Position numbers and translations under genes: made by a program. This document shows, one piece after another, positions 1-9,589 of a stretch of DNA of 64,000 nucleotides. Source of the stretch: an uncultured Bacteroidota bacterium (GTDB taxonomy: Bacteria > Bacteroidota > Bacteroidia > Flavobacteriales > Flavobacteriaceae); contig CABXGL010000002.1 of the NCBI GenBank assembly GCA_902511755.1, forward strand, positions 1,973-65,972, read 5' to 3'. Each line of letters starts with the position of its first letter. Within the stretch, counting starts at the first letter, position 1. Below the pieces are notes generated by a model. The model was not told the origin of the DNA. It ran no database searches and was given only the letters and a program-made list of their open reading frames with translations.

Positions 1-1
1 T

Positions 2-124
2 GCAATTGACCAGCTTTTAAGCGATATTGAATCGGGGTCAAAGTATATGAAGACCTATAAGCAAATGAAAATGTATAATGATGAAGCGCTAAACCCCGTG
101 CTTTATAATAAAGACAAACAATAG
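2..124 (+). CDS. 3' end of an unidentified CDS; its 5' part lies upstream of the window
   Basis: An open frame runs from the window edge to TAG at 122-124 (...AIDQLLSDIESGSKYMKTYKQMKMYNDEALNPVLYNKDKQ*). It ends 3 nt before the next gene's ATG. I do not recognise the family. Confidence 0.3.
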   Translation, partial: AIDQLLSDIESGSKYMKTYKQMKMYNDEALNPVLYNKDKQ

Positions 125-127
125 AAT

Positions 128-1180
128 ATGTCGCATGTTTTAATTTTAAGGTTTTCGTCCATGGGAGATGTTGCCATGACTGTGCCCGCCTTAAGATGTT
201 TGTTTAAAAAATATCCAGACTGTAAAATAACTTTAGCTACAAAGAAAGCTTATAGACCGATTTTTAGAGAATTTCAAGAAATCAATTTTTATGATGTAGA
301 TTTTAACAACAGGCATAAAGGGATTAAAGGACTTTGGACTCTGTTTAAAGAATTAAAAAAACTAAAACCAACACACATAGCAGATTTACACTCCGTAATT
401 AGAACTCATTTTCTATATTTTTTTTTCAAAATAAATCTTTTTAAAATTAAAAGAGTTGACAAACAAAGAGCAGAAAGAAAAAAGCTATTTAGAAAGAAAA
501 ATAAAATTTTTAAACCCTTAACCCCTGTTCAGTTTAAATACTGTGAAGTGTTTAACAAGCTAGGGTTTAATATTGACTTAACTAGCCATCAATTTGTAGA
601 CCCTTTTATTATTAATAATGAGACCCAGCAAATTATTTACGAAATTAATAATAAACTAAAATGGGTTGGAGTGGCTCCATTTGCCTCCTTTAATGGCAAA
701 ACATACCCTTTGGATTTAATGCAACAATTAGTTGCTTTTTTACAAAGAGATCATCAGGTTTTCTTGTTTGGCAACGGAGAGTTTGAAACAGGGAAACTTG
801 AAATATGGGCCAATGCTTATCAAAATGTTTTTGGAGCCTATAAGCTAGGGTCTTTATATAATGAGCTGGAAATTATATCCAATCTAGATTTAATGATTTC
901 TATGGACTCTGCAAATGGGCATTTAGCAGCAAATTATGGCGTGCCTGTAATTACTTTATGGGGACTTACCCACCCCTTTGGAGGCTTTGCCCCCTTTTCT
1001 TCAAATTCAGAAAACATGATTATTTCAAATAGAGAATTGTTTCCTAAAATTCCAACATCTGCTTATGGAATAAAAATCCCTAAAGGATATGAAAAGGCAA
1101 TGAGAACAATTAACTATAATGATGTTGCGGCAAGGTGTTTAAAAATTTTAGAAAACCCTAAACATCATCGAAATCTATAG
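128..1180 (+). CDS. Glycosyltransferase family 9 (LPS heptosyltransferase-like)
   Basis: 350 aa. The N-terminus ILILRFSSMGDVAMTVPALR is typical of the GT9 motif (ILIIRxSAxGDVxxTxP). The C-terminal half contains the GT9-like MDSANGHLAA segment. Confidence 0.8.
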   Translation: MSHVLILRFSSMGDVAMTVPALRCLFKKYPDCKITLATKKAYRPIFREFQEINFYDVDFNNRHKGIKGLWTLFKELKKLKPTHIADLHSVIRTHFLYFFFKINLFKIKRVDKQRAERKKLFRKKNKIFKPLTPVQFKYCEVFNKLGFNIDLTSHQFVDPFIINNETQQIIYEINNKLKWVGVAPFASFNGKTYPLDLMQQLVAFLQRDHQVFLFGNGEFETGKLEIWANAYQNVFGAYKLGSLYNELEIISNLDLMISMDSANGHLAANYGVPVITLWGLTHPFGGFAPFSSNSENMIISNRELFPKIPTSAYGIKIPKGYEKAMRTINYNDVAARCLKILENPKHHRNL

Positions 1181-2204
1181 AAATAGACTTAGATGTGGGA
1201 ATAGCTTGACAGGCCAAAATTAAACCATCTTTAACCTCTAGGTCTGATAAAATATTGTTTTCAATCATTTTGGCAGAACCGCTAGTAATTTTTCCTATAC
1301 AAGAGGAACACACACCTCCTTGGCAAGAATAAGGGGCGTCAATATTTTGATTTAATACAGCATCTAAAATCGTCATGTTTTTAGGGATACTAATTTCAAA
1401 ATCCTCAAAATCACAGGTAATTGATGCCGCGGTTTCTTCACCTCCAATTTTTTTGTTAATCGAATTCTCAGCGTTCGAATAAAAAAGCTCGAATAAAATA
1501 TTTTTTTCTTTATGCCCCAATTTTACTAATTCAGAAGAAGCGCTTTTAATAAGCTGTTCGGGCCCACAAATAAAAAACCTGTCAAATTTTAAATTGCCAT
1601 GTTGTTTCAAACAATAATTAATAAATCCAGAATCAATTCTTCCATATTCAGAATCAGGATTGTTTTCTGTACTATAAATATTATAACAAAAAAACCTACT
1701 TGAAAATGAAGTTTTTAATTCTTCTATTTCATCATAAAACATCGTTTCTTGAATTGACTTATTCCCAAATAATAAGATAAATTTACTTTCCATGTGAGAA
1801 AGCAAAACATTTTTCAATATAGAAATGACAGGATTAATTCCGCTTCCAGCAGCAATACCTAGAAATGTATTTTTGCTATTAGCTTTTTCAACAACAAACC
1901 TTCCTTCAGGCTCGGAAACCTCTAACATATCTCCTTCTCTTAATGCATTGTTGACATAATTAGAAAATAGTCCTCCAGAGATAGCTTTAACTCCTATTTT
2001 TAGCAAACCACTATTAGGAGAGCTACAAATCGAATATGAGCGCAGGATAAAATTCCCTTTAATTTTTGCTTTTAAAGTAACGTATTGGCCAGCTTTGAAA
2101 GAATACTTTTTTTTAAGGGAATTGGGAATATCAAAAACTATTGAAACAGAATTTATAGTTTCCTCTTTGATTTCGGCAACCTTCAATGTATGAAATTGCA
2201 TCAA
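1158..2204 (-). CDS. Ferredoxin-NAD(P) reductase-like oxidoreductase with C-terminal plant-type [2Fe-2S] domain (PaaE/FNR family)
   Basis: 348 aa. It has the FAD-binding RSYSICS motif, the NAD-binding GIAAGSGINP motif, and C-terminal YSCQGGVCSSC...LACQ (CX4CX2C...C). No paaABCD genes are nearby. Confidence 0.8.
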   Translation of the reverse strand: MMQFHTLKVAEIKEETINSVSIVFDIPNSLKKKYSFKAGQYVTLKAKIKGNFILRSYSICSSPNSGLLKIGVKAISGGLFSNYVNNALREGDMLEVSEPEGRFVVEKANSKNTFLGIAAGSGINPVISILKNVLLSHMESKFILLFGNKSIQETMFYDEIEELKTSFSSRFFCYNIYSTENNPDSEYGRIDSGFINYCLKQHGNLKFDRFFICGPEQLIKSASSELVKLGHKEKNILFELFYSNAENSINKKIGGEETAASITCDFEDFEISIPKNMTILDAVLNQNIDAPYSCQGGVCSSCIGKITSGSAKMIENNILSDLEVKDGLILACQAIPTSKSISIDFDDV

Positions 2205-2287
2205 ACAACAATAATTAGAATTAATTGTAAAAATAAAAAAACAGAATTTAATCTAACGCTTTATAAAGAATGATATATTTGCGAATT

Positions 2288-3757
2288 ATGTTTTTCACAT
2301 TTTTAAAATTACAATGGAAATCTTTTTTTAGAGGAGAATCTGTTGGTGTTAATGTTATGACCAAAGTCCTCAAGTGGTTTTGGATTGTTTATTTTGGCGT
2401 TATTACTCCATTGCTTGGGCTTATAACCTACAAGGTTTTAAAAGAAGACTTGGGTATAGAAGACCCCTTCGCTTATCTTAATAAGAATCTTATTTATGTT
2501 TTTGCCTATTGGATAGTAATGAGATATTTTATTCAACCAATTCCAGTTGTTGCTATTAAGCCTCTTCTTTTAACTCCAATTTCAAAATCAAAAATAGTAA
2601 GACATAGCCTTGGAAAATCTATTTTTTCATTTTTCAATATAATGGCATTTTTTTATCTGACCCCTCTTACGTTAATATTAATTGAGGAAGGCTATCAAAT
2701 GAATCAATTAATAGGATGGAATTTGTCAATTATTGCCTTTGTATACATCACAAACTATCTAAATTTTATATTAAACAATAACGACAAGTTTTTATATTCT
2801 ATAGCAGCAATATTGGTGTTAATAAAACTGTTAGAGTATTATTCTGTTTTTGATTTTACCATTTATTCTGAAGCCTTTTTCTATTCTTTTTATACTAATC
2901 CCCTTTATTCACTATTACCCTGGGTCTTTTTAATTTGGCTCTATTTTTATGTTTTCAAATACTTTAAGAATGGTCTTTATATAGATTTGGGGCTAAAAAA
3001 GAGTACAGAAGAGGCGAAAATAGACGACTTTTCATGGCTTAATAGATTTGGAAAAACAGCTATTTTTTTAAAAAACGATTTAAGATTAATTAAAAGGTCC
3101 AAAAGAGCAAGGGGCACTGTTTTAGCAGGAATATTCTTTCTCTTTTATGGCTTTATCTTTTATTTCTCAGAAGATATTTATGGCCCATCCATGACCTTTT
3201 TTGGCTATCTTTTTGCATCAGGAGGATTCTTATTCATGTTTGGAGCCTTCGTTCCAAGCTGGGATAGCCAGTATTATTCTCTTATGATGTGTCAAAACAT
3301 AGAATATAAAGAATATATAAAATCAAAATGGTCTCTGGTGGTTATTGGGACTGCAATTTCTACATTGTTGGCTTGTTTTATTTACTCTTTTGTAGGAACA
3401 AATGCAATTTTTGCAGTATTAGCCGGAGGGTTATATAATATAGGGATAAATGGATATTTAACGCTTTGGGCAGGAGCCTTTACTAAAACGCCTATTGATC
3501 TGGACTCAAATAAAAACATTTTTGGAGACACCAAAGCATTTAATATGAAAACACTCTTAATTACCCTTCCGCAATTGGTGCTTCCAATTGTCTTATTCTC
3601 AATAGGGAATTATTATTATTCTGCATCAACGGGATGTTTAATTGTTGGTACAGTAGGAATTTTAGGAATATTATTAAAAGAACAGGTTTTTAACCTTATA
3701 ATAAAAGCATATAAGACAGAAAAGTATTCTACTTTAAAAGCATATAAACAAAATTAA
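2288..3757 (+). CDS. Polytopic inner-membrane protein, DUF5687-like putative ABC-system membrane component
   Basis: The ORF track frame is 2270..3757. I prefer the ATG at 2288 (MFFTFLKLQWKSFFRG...) because family N-termini as I remember them start near the L-x-WKSFFR motif. The protein has about 10-12 hydrophobic segments. Its stop lies 4 nt before the ABC ATPase gene. Confidence 0.6.
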   Translation: MFFTFLKLQWKSFFRGESVGVNVMTKVLKWFWIVYFGVITPLLGLITYKVLKEDLGIEDPFAYLNKNLIYVFAYWIVMRYFIQPIPVVAIKPLLLTPISKSKIVRHSLGKSIFSFFNIMAFFYLTPLTLILIEEGYQMNQLIGWNLSIIAFVYITNYLNFILNNNDKFLYSIAAILVLIKLLEYYSVFDFTIYSEAFFYSFYTNPLYSLLPWVFLIWLYFYVFKYFKNGLYIDLGLKKSTEEAKIDDFSWLNRFGKTAIFLKNDLRLIKRSKRARGTVLAGIFFLFYGFIFYFSEDIYGPSMTFFGYLFASGGFLFMFGAFVPSWDSQYYSLMMCQNIEYKEYIKSKWSLVVIGTAISTLLACFIYSFVGTNAIFAVLAGGLYNIGINGYLTLWAGAFTKTPIDLDSNKNIFGDTKAFNMKTLLITLPQLVLPIVLFSIGNYYYSASTGCLIVGTVGILGILLKEQVFNLIIKAYKTEKYSTLKAYKQN

Positions 3758-3761
3758 TTCT

Positions 3762-4457
3762 ATGATTACTTTAAAAAATATTACAAAAAAATATTCAAAG
3801 CAAACGGTTTTAGATATTATAGCCTTAGACATCCCAGCGGGCCAAACATTTGGTTTAGTGGGAAATAATGGAGCAGGGAAAACCACTATGTTTAGTTGCT
3901 TGTTAGACTTAATAAAGCCAACTACGGGAAATGTTTTAAACAATGGCGTGGAGGTCGCAAGCAGTGAAAAATGGAAATCCTTCACATCGGCATTTTTAGA
4001 TGACACTTTTTTAATTGGCTATTTAATGCCCGAAGAATACTTTTATTTTATCGGTGAATTAAGAGGCTTAAAGAAAAAAGAGGTTGATGAATTTATAAAT
4101 CAATTTGAAGATTTTTTTCATGGAGAGATATTGGGAGGAAAGAAGTATTTGAGAGATCTTTCAAAGGGAAATCAAAAAAAAGCTGGAGTTGTTGCAGCAT
4201 TATTAGGGGAACCTAAAGTAGTTATTTTGGACGAACCTTTCGCAAACCTAGATCCATCAACGCAGATAAGATTAAAACAAATTTTAAAAGACCTTTCAAA
4301 AAATAAAGAGACAACCATTCTTGTCTCTAGCCACGATATTCAGGACGTAACAGAAGTTTGCGAAAGAATTGTTCTTCTTGAAAAGGGAAAAGTGATAAAA
4401 GACATTGTAACAAGTCCAAAAACGCTACAAGAACTAGAAGAATATTTTAGGAGATAA
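3762..4457 (+). CDS. ABC transporter ATP-binding protein (single NBD)
   Basis: 231 aa. It has Walker A GNNGAGKTT, signature LSKGNQKK, Walker B VVILDEPFANLD and an H-loop SSHD. Confidence 0.92.
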   Translation: MITLKNITKKYSKQTVLDIIALDIPAGQTFGLVGNNGAGKTTMFSCLLDLIKPTTGNVLNNGVEVASSEKWKSFTSAFLDDTFLIGYLMPEEYFYFIGELRGLKKKEVDEFINQFEDFFHGEILGGKKYLRDLSKGNQKKAGVVAALLGEPKVVILDEPFANLDPSTQIRLKQILKDLSKNKETTILVSSHDIQDVTEVCERIVLLEKGKVIKDIVTSPKTLQELEEYFRR

Positions 4458-4537
4458 TTACTCCAAAATCAATTATTTTTACTTTTCGATAATAAAACAC
4501 AGTATTTTATGTTATTGAGTAGTATATCACAGTTAGT

Positions 4538-6991
4538 TTGAACAAATTTATTTATACCATATTATTAGCCTTTCTTTTTTTTAGTTGCTCAACAAAAAAA
4601 AACAAACCCTTAAACAAGGGCTACCATGCCATGGTCTCCAGCTATAATGTTTTGTTTAACGGCGCTGCATCTATTGATGAGGGGCTTTTGCAAACGGAGA
4701 ACACTTATGGTGAAAATTTTTGGAAAATTTTGCCAATAGAAAAGATTAAAATATCGGATGAAATTATTACTGTTGACGGTATTGATAATGCAAACTTTAT
4801 AAAGGGAGAAGAAAAGGCGGCTAAAACGATTCAAAAACATTCAATGTTAATTAATGGGATACAAGAAAACCCTAGAATTGCAAGCGCTTACCTGCTTTTA
4901 GGGAAAGCAAGGTACCTTGATCAAAGATTCGTCCCAGCATTAGACGCCTTTAATCAAGTGTATAAACAGATGGCTTTAAAGGACGAATTAGATGAATCTA
5001 TAATTTGGAAAGCAAAGTGTAATATCCGCCTAGAGCAAGAAGGGTCGGCAATTGAACTATTAAAAAACTTGCTTAAAAAAGAAAAACTAAATCAAAAAAA
5101 CAAGGCACATGCAAATGCAGTTCTTGCTATGGCTTATTTTCAACTTGATGAATTAGCAAGTTCTGAAGAGGCACTAAAAATTGCTTCTGACCTTGAAACA
5201 AATAAACTTACCAAAGCAAGATATCTATATATACTTGGCCAGTTTTTAGAAAAGCAATCAAAGTTAGATTCAGCAAACATATACTTTAAGAAAGTGGCTG
5301 AATTTAAAAGAAAAATTCCGAGAGAATTTTATATAAATGCTAAATTGAAAAATTTACTTTATGACTCTTTAAAGATTAAAAACAAAGAGGATCAAATCAT
5401 AAAGATGATTAAGAACTATGAAAATGAAGATTTCTTAGACAAAATATATTACAACTATTCGACAGTACTTTTTTCTAATGGCTCAAAAAAGGATGGGATC
5501 AAATTCTTAAATAAAGCTATGAACGAAAACAGTTCAGACAACGATCTGCTTTCTAGAAGCTATAGAAAACTTTCAGATGTTTACTTTAAAGACTCAAAAT
5601 ATCTAATGGCAGGGAAATATTTAGATAGCACAATGTTAAGTTTGGATAAAAAATCAAAAAAGTTTTGGGAAGCGGAAAGACAGAGAAAAGGTTTAACCCA
5701 AATTATGGAATTAGAGAATAAAGTTAGCCTATATGATAGTTTAATTAGAATATCGTCATATGATGATGAAAAGCTAAAAAATATTTTAGACCAAATTAAA
5801 GCTCAAGAAAAAAAATTAGAGGAACAAAGATATGGCGAGAGAAACGTTCCTCAAAGCCCAAGAAAACAACAGTACCGACCAAGACAAAACAATTTTTATT
5901 TTTATGATGACAATTTAGTAAAATTAGGCAAGAGCTCTTTTTTATCTATTTGGGGAGAAAGAACCAGAAATTCATATTGGAGATCATCCAATTCTTTTGT
6001 TGTTAGCTCAAAAAAGGAAGAAGAAAAAGCAATAGAAAACACAGCACCTATTATAAAGGAGTCTAAAATCAAAGAAAATTTAGAACTGCTTTCTTCAGTT
6101 CCAACAACAGAAGCTCAAAAAGACAGTATAAAGTTTTTAAAGAACAAATCTCTTTTAAAGCTTGCAGAGATATATTTAGTGAAGTATAAAGACTATAGTT
6201 TAGTTGAGAAAAGGCTAAAGAATTTAATTAAAACAAACTCTAAAAAAGAAATTTTGTCAGAAGCAAATTATTTGCTGTTTAAATCTTTAAGCAATACAAA
6301 CAAAAAAAGCGCTGACCAAGTCAAGAAACAAATAATTAGAGAATTCCCCAACACTAAATTTGCAAAGATTTTAACTAGCTCAAACAAACTTATCATGGAG
6401 GAGGAAGTGTTAATAATAGCTTTAGACAGCTTAAAAAAACTTTTTGAAGATCAAAAAATGGAACAGGCAATTAATGGCATTGAGGCAGAACTCCCATATA
6501 TTGAGAATAAAGAAATAGCTTTTGATTTTGAGCTATTAAAAGCATCTGCAATAGGGAGGCTAGAAGGAATAATGAAATACGATGAAGAATTAAAAAAGAT
6601 AATCACAAATTACCCAAATAGTAATAGAATAAATGAAATACATAATATAAATAAGGAAATAAATAAAAAATGGAAAGAGAAACCTCATAACACAAATAAG
6701 GGGAAATATTTTTTGGTTTTTTCATTTAATAAAAAGGAGTTAAACAAAGAAATTTTGAGTAATATAAAGAGGGAAATAAATTACTCAATGAGAGTATCGA
6801 TTGATGTTTATGACTATAAGACCTCTCTACTAGTAATTAAAGATTTTGAAAATAAGGAAGCCGCAAATTTTAGTAGAGATTTCCTTAAAGAAAACACAGA
6901 CCTATTAAGACTTAAAAATAATTTTGTAGTTTTGTCCTCCCAGTATAAAAACATGCTGATTTACAAGACTTTAGACTTGTATAAAAAATAA
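4538..6991 (+). CDS. sprE: TPR-containing lipoprotein, probably type IX secretion/gliding component SprE/PorW
   Basis: 817 aa with a TTG start. The lipoprotein signal is LLAFLFFSC. This is followed by NKGYHAMVSSYNVLFNG, which matches my memory of the PorW/SprE N-terminal motif. The rest is long, TPR-like and K/E-rich. The family assignment is from memory only. Confidence 0.5.
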   Translation: MNKFIYTILLAFLFFSCSTKKNKPLNKGYHAMVSSYNVLFNGAASIDEGLLQTENTYGENFWKILPIEKIKISDEIITVDGIDNANFIKGEEKAAKTIQKHSMLINGIQENPRIASAYLLLGKARYLDQRFVPALDAFNQVYKQMALKDELDESIIWKAKCNIRLEQEGSAIELLKNLLKKEKLNQKNKAHANAVLAMAYFQLDELASSEEALKIASDLETNKLTKARYLYILGQFLEKQSKLDSANIYFKKVAEFKRKIPREFYINAKLKNLLYDSLKIKNKEDQIIKMIKNYENEDFLDKIYYNYSTVLFSNGSKKDGIKFLNKAMNENSSDNDLLSRSYRKLSDVYFKDSKYLMAGKYLDSTMLSLDKKSKKFWEAERQRKGLTQIMELENKVSLYDSLIRISSYDDEKLKNILDQIKAQEKKLEEQRYGERNVPQSPRKQQYRPRQNNFYFYDDNLVKLGKSSFLSIWGERTRNSYWRSSNSFVVSSKKEEEKAIENTAPIIKESKIKENLELLSSVPTTEAQKDSIKFLKNKSLLKLAEIYLVKYKDYSLVEKRLKNLIKTNSKKEILSEANYLLFKSLSNTNKKSADQVKKQIIREFPNTKFAKILTSSNKLIMEEEVLIIALDSLKKLFEDQKMEQAINGIEAELPYIENKEIAFDFELLKASAIGRLEGIMKYDEELKKIITNYPNSNRINEIHNINKEINKKWKEKPHNTNKGKYFLVFSFNKKELNKEILSNIKREINYSMRVSIDVYDYKTSLLVIKDFENKEAANFSRDFLKENTDLLRLKNNFVVLSSQYKNMLIYKTLDLYKK

Positions 6992-6997
6992 AAGATT

Positions 6998-7423
6998 ATG
7001 GCCTTTAGTATAACAAACAAAACCAACATGCAACAATCAAGAGAATCTAATAAAATAGATATAATAGAAAAAACAACTAAGATAGTAGGAGATATTGTCT
7101 CTAAGGCGGATTTTAGAATAGACGGAAATGTTGAGGGAACCATTATTACAACTGGAAAAGTTGTTGTTGGGGAGGAAGGCGCTGTCTCCGGAAAAATTAC
7201 TTGTGCTAATTCTGATATTGCAGGACTAGTTAAAGGGACAATTGATGTATCGGGGACACTAGCTTTAAAATCATCTGCTAAAATAGAAGGAGATGTAATT
7301 GCAGAAAAACTTGCAGTTGAAACAGGCGCTAATGTAGACGCTAGTATTTCAATGAAAGGATCAAAAACAATGAAAGCTCTTTCATCTGATGAAAAAGAAA
7401 CCCCAGTCGAAAAAACAGCCTAA
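6998..7423 (+). CDS. Bactofilin-family polymer-forming cytoskeletal protein
   Basis: 141 aa. It shows the repetitive beta-helix pattern IVGDIVSKADFRIDGNVEGTIITTGKVVVGEEGAVSGKI...GTIDVSGTLALKSSAKIEGDVIAEKLAVETGA. Confidence 0.8.
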   Translation: MAFSITNKTNMQQSRESNKIDIIEKTTKIVGDIVSKADFRIDGNVEGTIITTGKVVVGEEGAVSGKITCANSDIAGLVKGTIDVSGTLALKSSAKIEGDVIAEKLAVETGANVDASISMKGSKTMKALSSDEKETPVEKTA

Positions 7424-7616
7424 TCCTTATGCAATTTTTGCCATTAATACCTTTCAAATGGGTATTAGCATATTTCTTTTTGTTCAAATAGGGAAGTATC
7501 TAGACAACAAGTTTGGTTTTGATGAAACATTAAAAATTGTATTTGCAATACTTGGCTTTATTATAGGATTTTTTCTGAGCTATAAGACCATAAGAAAAAT
7601 TAACAAAAAAGCTTAA
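7389..7616 (+). CDS. AtpZ/AtpI-family small membrane protein (ATP synthase protein I-like)
   Basis: 75 aa with a basic N-terminus followed by PNPYAIFAINTFQMGISIFLFVQIGKYLD and a second TM segment. It lies immediately upstream of atpB and overlaps the bactofilin 3' end by 35 nt. Confidence 0.7.
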   Translation: MKKKPQSKKQPNPYAIFAINTFQMGISIFLFVQIGKYLDNKFGFDETLKIVFAILGFIIGFFLSYKTIRKINKKA

Positions 7617-7651
7617 CAACTTTCCTAAATACTTTAAAAATTTATTTTTAT

Positions 7652-7675
7652 TTTGACCAATTAAGCTTAACTTTG
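7652..7675 (+). promoter_or_regulatory. Candidate Bacteroidota sigma-A promoter for the atp operon (-7 element TAACTTTG)
   Basis: TAACTTTG at 7668-7675 matches the Bacteroidetes -7 consensus TAnnTTTG and lies 38 nt upstream of the atpB ATG. A TTTG at 7652-7655 is closer than the usual -33 spacing, so only the -7 element is convincing. Confidence 0.3.
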
Positions 7676-7713
7676 GCGGATCAATTTTTTAATTAGTGAG
7701 AATTAATTTATAA

Positions 7714-8793
7714 ATGATTCCTAAACATTTTCTTTTACTTTTTATAGCCTTTTTAACTTGCAATTATGGACTGGCGAACCCCTCTGAAACGAAAGAAAAA
7801 AAGGAAGGAGATATAAAAACGGAAATTAAAGAATTTGTTTTTCATCACTTAAAAGACTCTCATAGTTTTGGCATAACTTCATATAAAAATAAAAACGGAG
7901 AGAAGGTTTACGTTGAAATTCCGCTTCCTGTTATTTTATATGATAATGGTTTCCATTTTTTTATGTCTTCCGATTTTAAACATGGGAAAAAAATAGTTAA
8001 TAAAGGAGAACAATACTACGCCTTAAACTATCACGACAATAAAATATATAAGACAGGCAAAAAAGGCATATTGGAATTGGATGAATCTCATAAAGCTCTA
8101 AATGAGAAGCCTATTGATCTTTCAATTACTAAAAACGTTGTAGTGATAATTATTACGGCATTTTTGATGTTATGGTTATTTGTAAGTTTAGCAAAATCAT
8201 ATAAAAAAAATAATGGAATTTCTTCCGGCATAGGGAGATTTTTTGAACCAGTAGTTTTATACGTTAGAGACGAAATAGCTAGACCAAACATAGGGGAAAA
8301 ACATTACAGAAAATACATGAGCTTTTTGCTTACTATTTTCTTCTTTGTTTTATTTCTAAATCTCTTAGGCTTAACTCCAATTGGAATAAACGTTACAGGA
8401 AATATCGCAATAACATTTTCATTGGCATTATTAACTTTTATCATAACAAATATTACTGCCAACAAGAATTACTGGATGCATATTTTTTGGATGCCTGGAG
8501 TGCCAAAACCAATAAGAATTATTTTAGCACCAATTGAAGTCTTAGGGGTTTTTATTAAGCCTTTAACTTTAATGATACGTCTATACGCTAATATGCAAGG
8601 AGGCCATATAGTTATTATGAGCATAATTGGACTAATGTTTATATTTTATAATTGGATTGGGAGTTCGCTTTCCCTTGTTTTGGCCTTTTTATTAATGATT
8701 ATTGAGCTTTTTGTAGCGATGTTACAGGCCTATATTTTTACTATACTATCTGCCCTTTATTTTGGCTTTGCTAATGAGGAGCATGAGCATTGA
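7714..8793 (+). CDS. atpB: F0F1 ATP synthase subunit a
   Basis: 359 aa with an N-terminal extension typical of Bacteroidota. The conserved LMIRLYANMQGGH segment carries the essential Arg. The C-terminal half has multiple TM segments. Confidence 0.95.
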   Translation: MIPKHFLLLFIAFLTCNYGLANPSETKEKKEGDIKTEIKEFVFHHLKDSHSFGITSYKNKNGEKVYVEIPLPVILYDNGFHFFMSSDFKHGKKIVNKGEQYYALNYHDNKIYKTGKKGILELDESHKALNEKPIDLSITKNVVVIIITAFLMLWLFVSLAKSYKKNNGISSGIGRFFEPVVLYVRDEIARPNIGEKHYRKYMSFLLTIFFFVLFLNLLGLTPIGINVTGNIAITFSLALLTFIITNITANKNYWMHIFWMPGVPKPIRIILAPIEVLGVFIKPLTLMIRLYANMQGGHIVIMSIIGLMFIFYNWIGSSLSLVLAFLLMIIELFVAMLQAYIFTILSALYFGFANEEHEH

Positions 8794-8811
8794 TATTATG
8801 ATTAAATTATG

Positions 8812-9032
<221 letters not shown>

Positions 9033-9088
9033 ATTAAAGACAACAGTTTTACTGTCAATGTTTTGGCAAGAATTCTTATTTTATTATT

Positions 9089-9589
9089 ATGGAAAAATTA
9101 CTTGAAGAGTTTTCGATTGGACTGTTTTTTTGGCAGACGCTAATTTTTATTGCATTAATTTTTTTACTTAGAAAATTTGCATGGAAGCCTATTTTAGATG
9201 CTATAAATGAAAGGGAAGATGGTATAAAAAACGCACTTGAATCAGCGGAAAAAGCAAGACAAGAAATGGCCTCGTTACAATCTGATAATGAAGAAACATT
9301 AAAAAAAGCGAGAGCAGAAAGAGATGCCTTGCTAAAAGAGGCTAGAGAAATTAAACAAAAATTAATTGACGAGGCAAAAAACGAAGCAAACGTTGAAGCT
9401 AAAAAAATTATTGTTCAGGCTCAAGAAACTATTGCAAGCGAAAAAAATGCAGCTATTGTTGATTTAAAAAAACAGGTTGCTAATTTGTCAGTTGACATTG
9501 CTGAGAAAGTTTTAAAGGAGAAGCTTTCAGACGACAAGGATCAAATGAAGCTTGTTAAAGAGCTTGTTAAAGATGTTAAAATAAAATAA
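9089..9589 (+). CDS. atpF: F0F1 ATP synthase subunit b
   Basis: 166 aa with a single N-terminal TM segment followed by a long charged coiled coil. Its position in the atp operon fits. Confidence 0.9.
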   Translation: MEKLLEEFSIGLFFWQTLIFIALIFLLRKFAWKPILDAINEREDGIKNALESAEKARQEMASLQSDNEETLKKARAERDALLKEAREIKQKLIDEAKNEANVEAKKIIVQAQETIASEKNAAIVDLKKQVANLSVDIAEKVLKEKLSDDKDQMKLVKELVKDVKIK

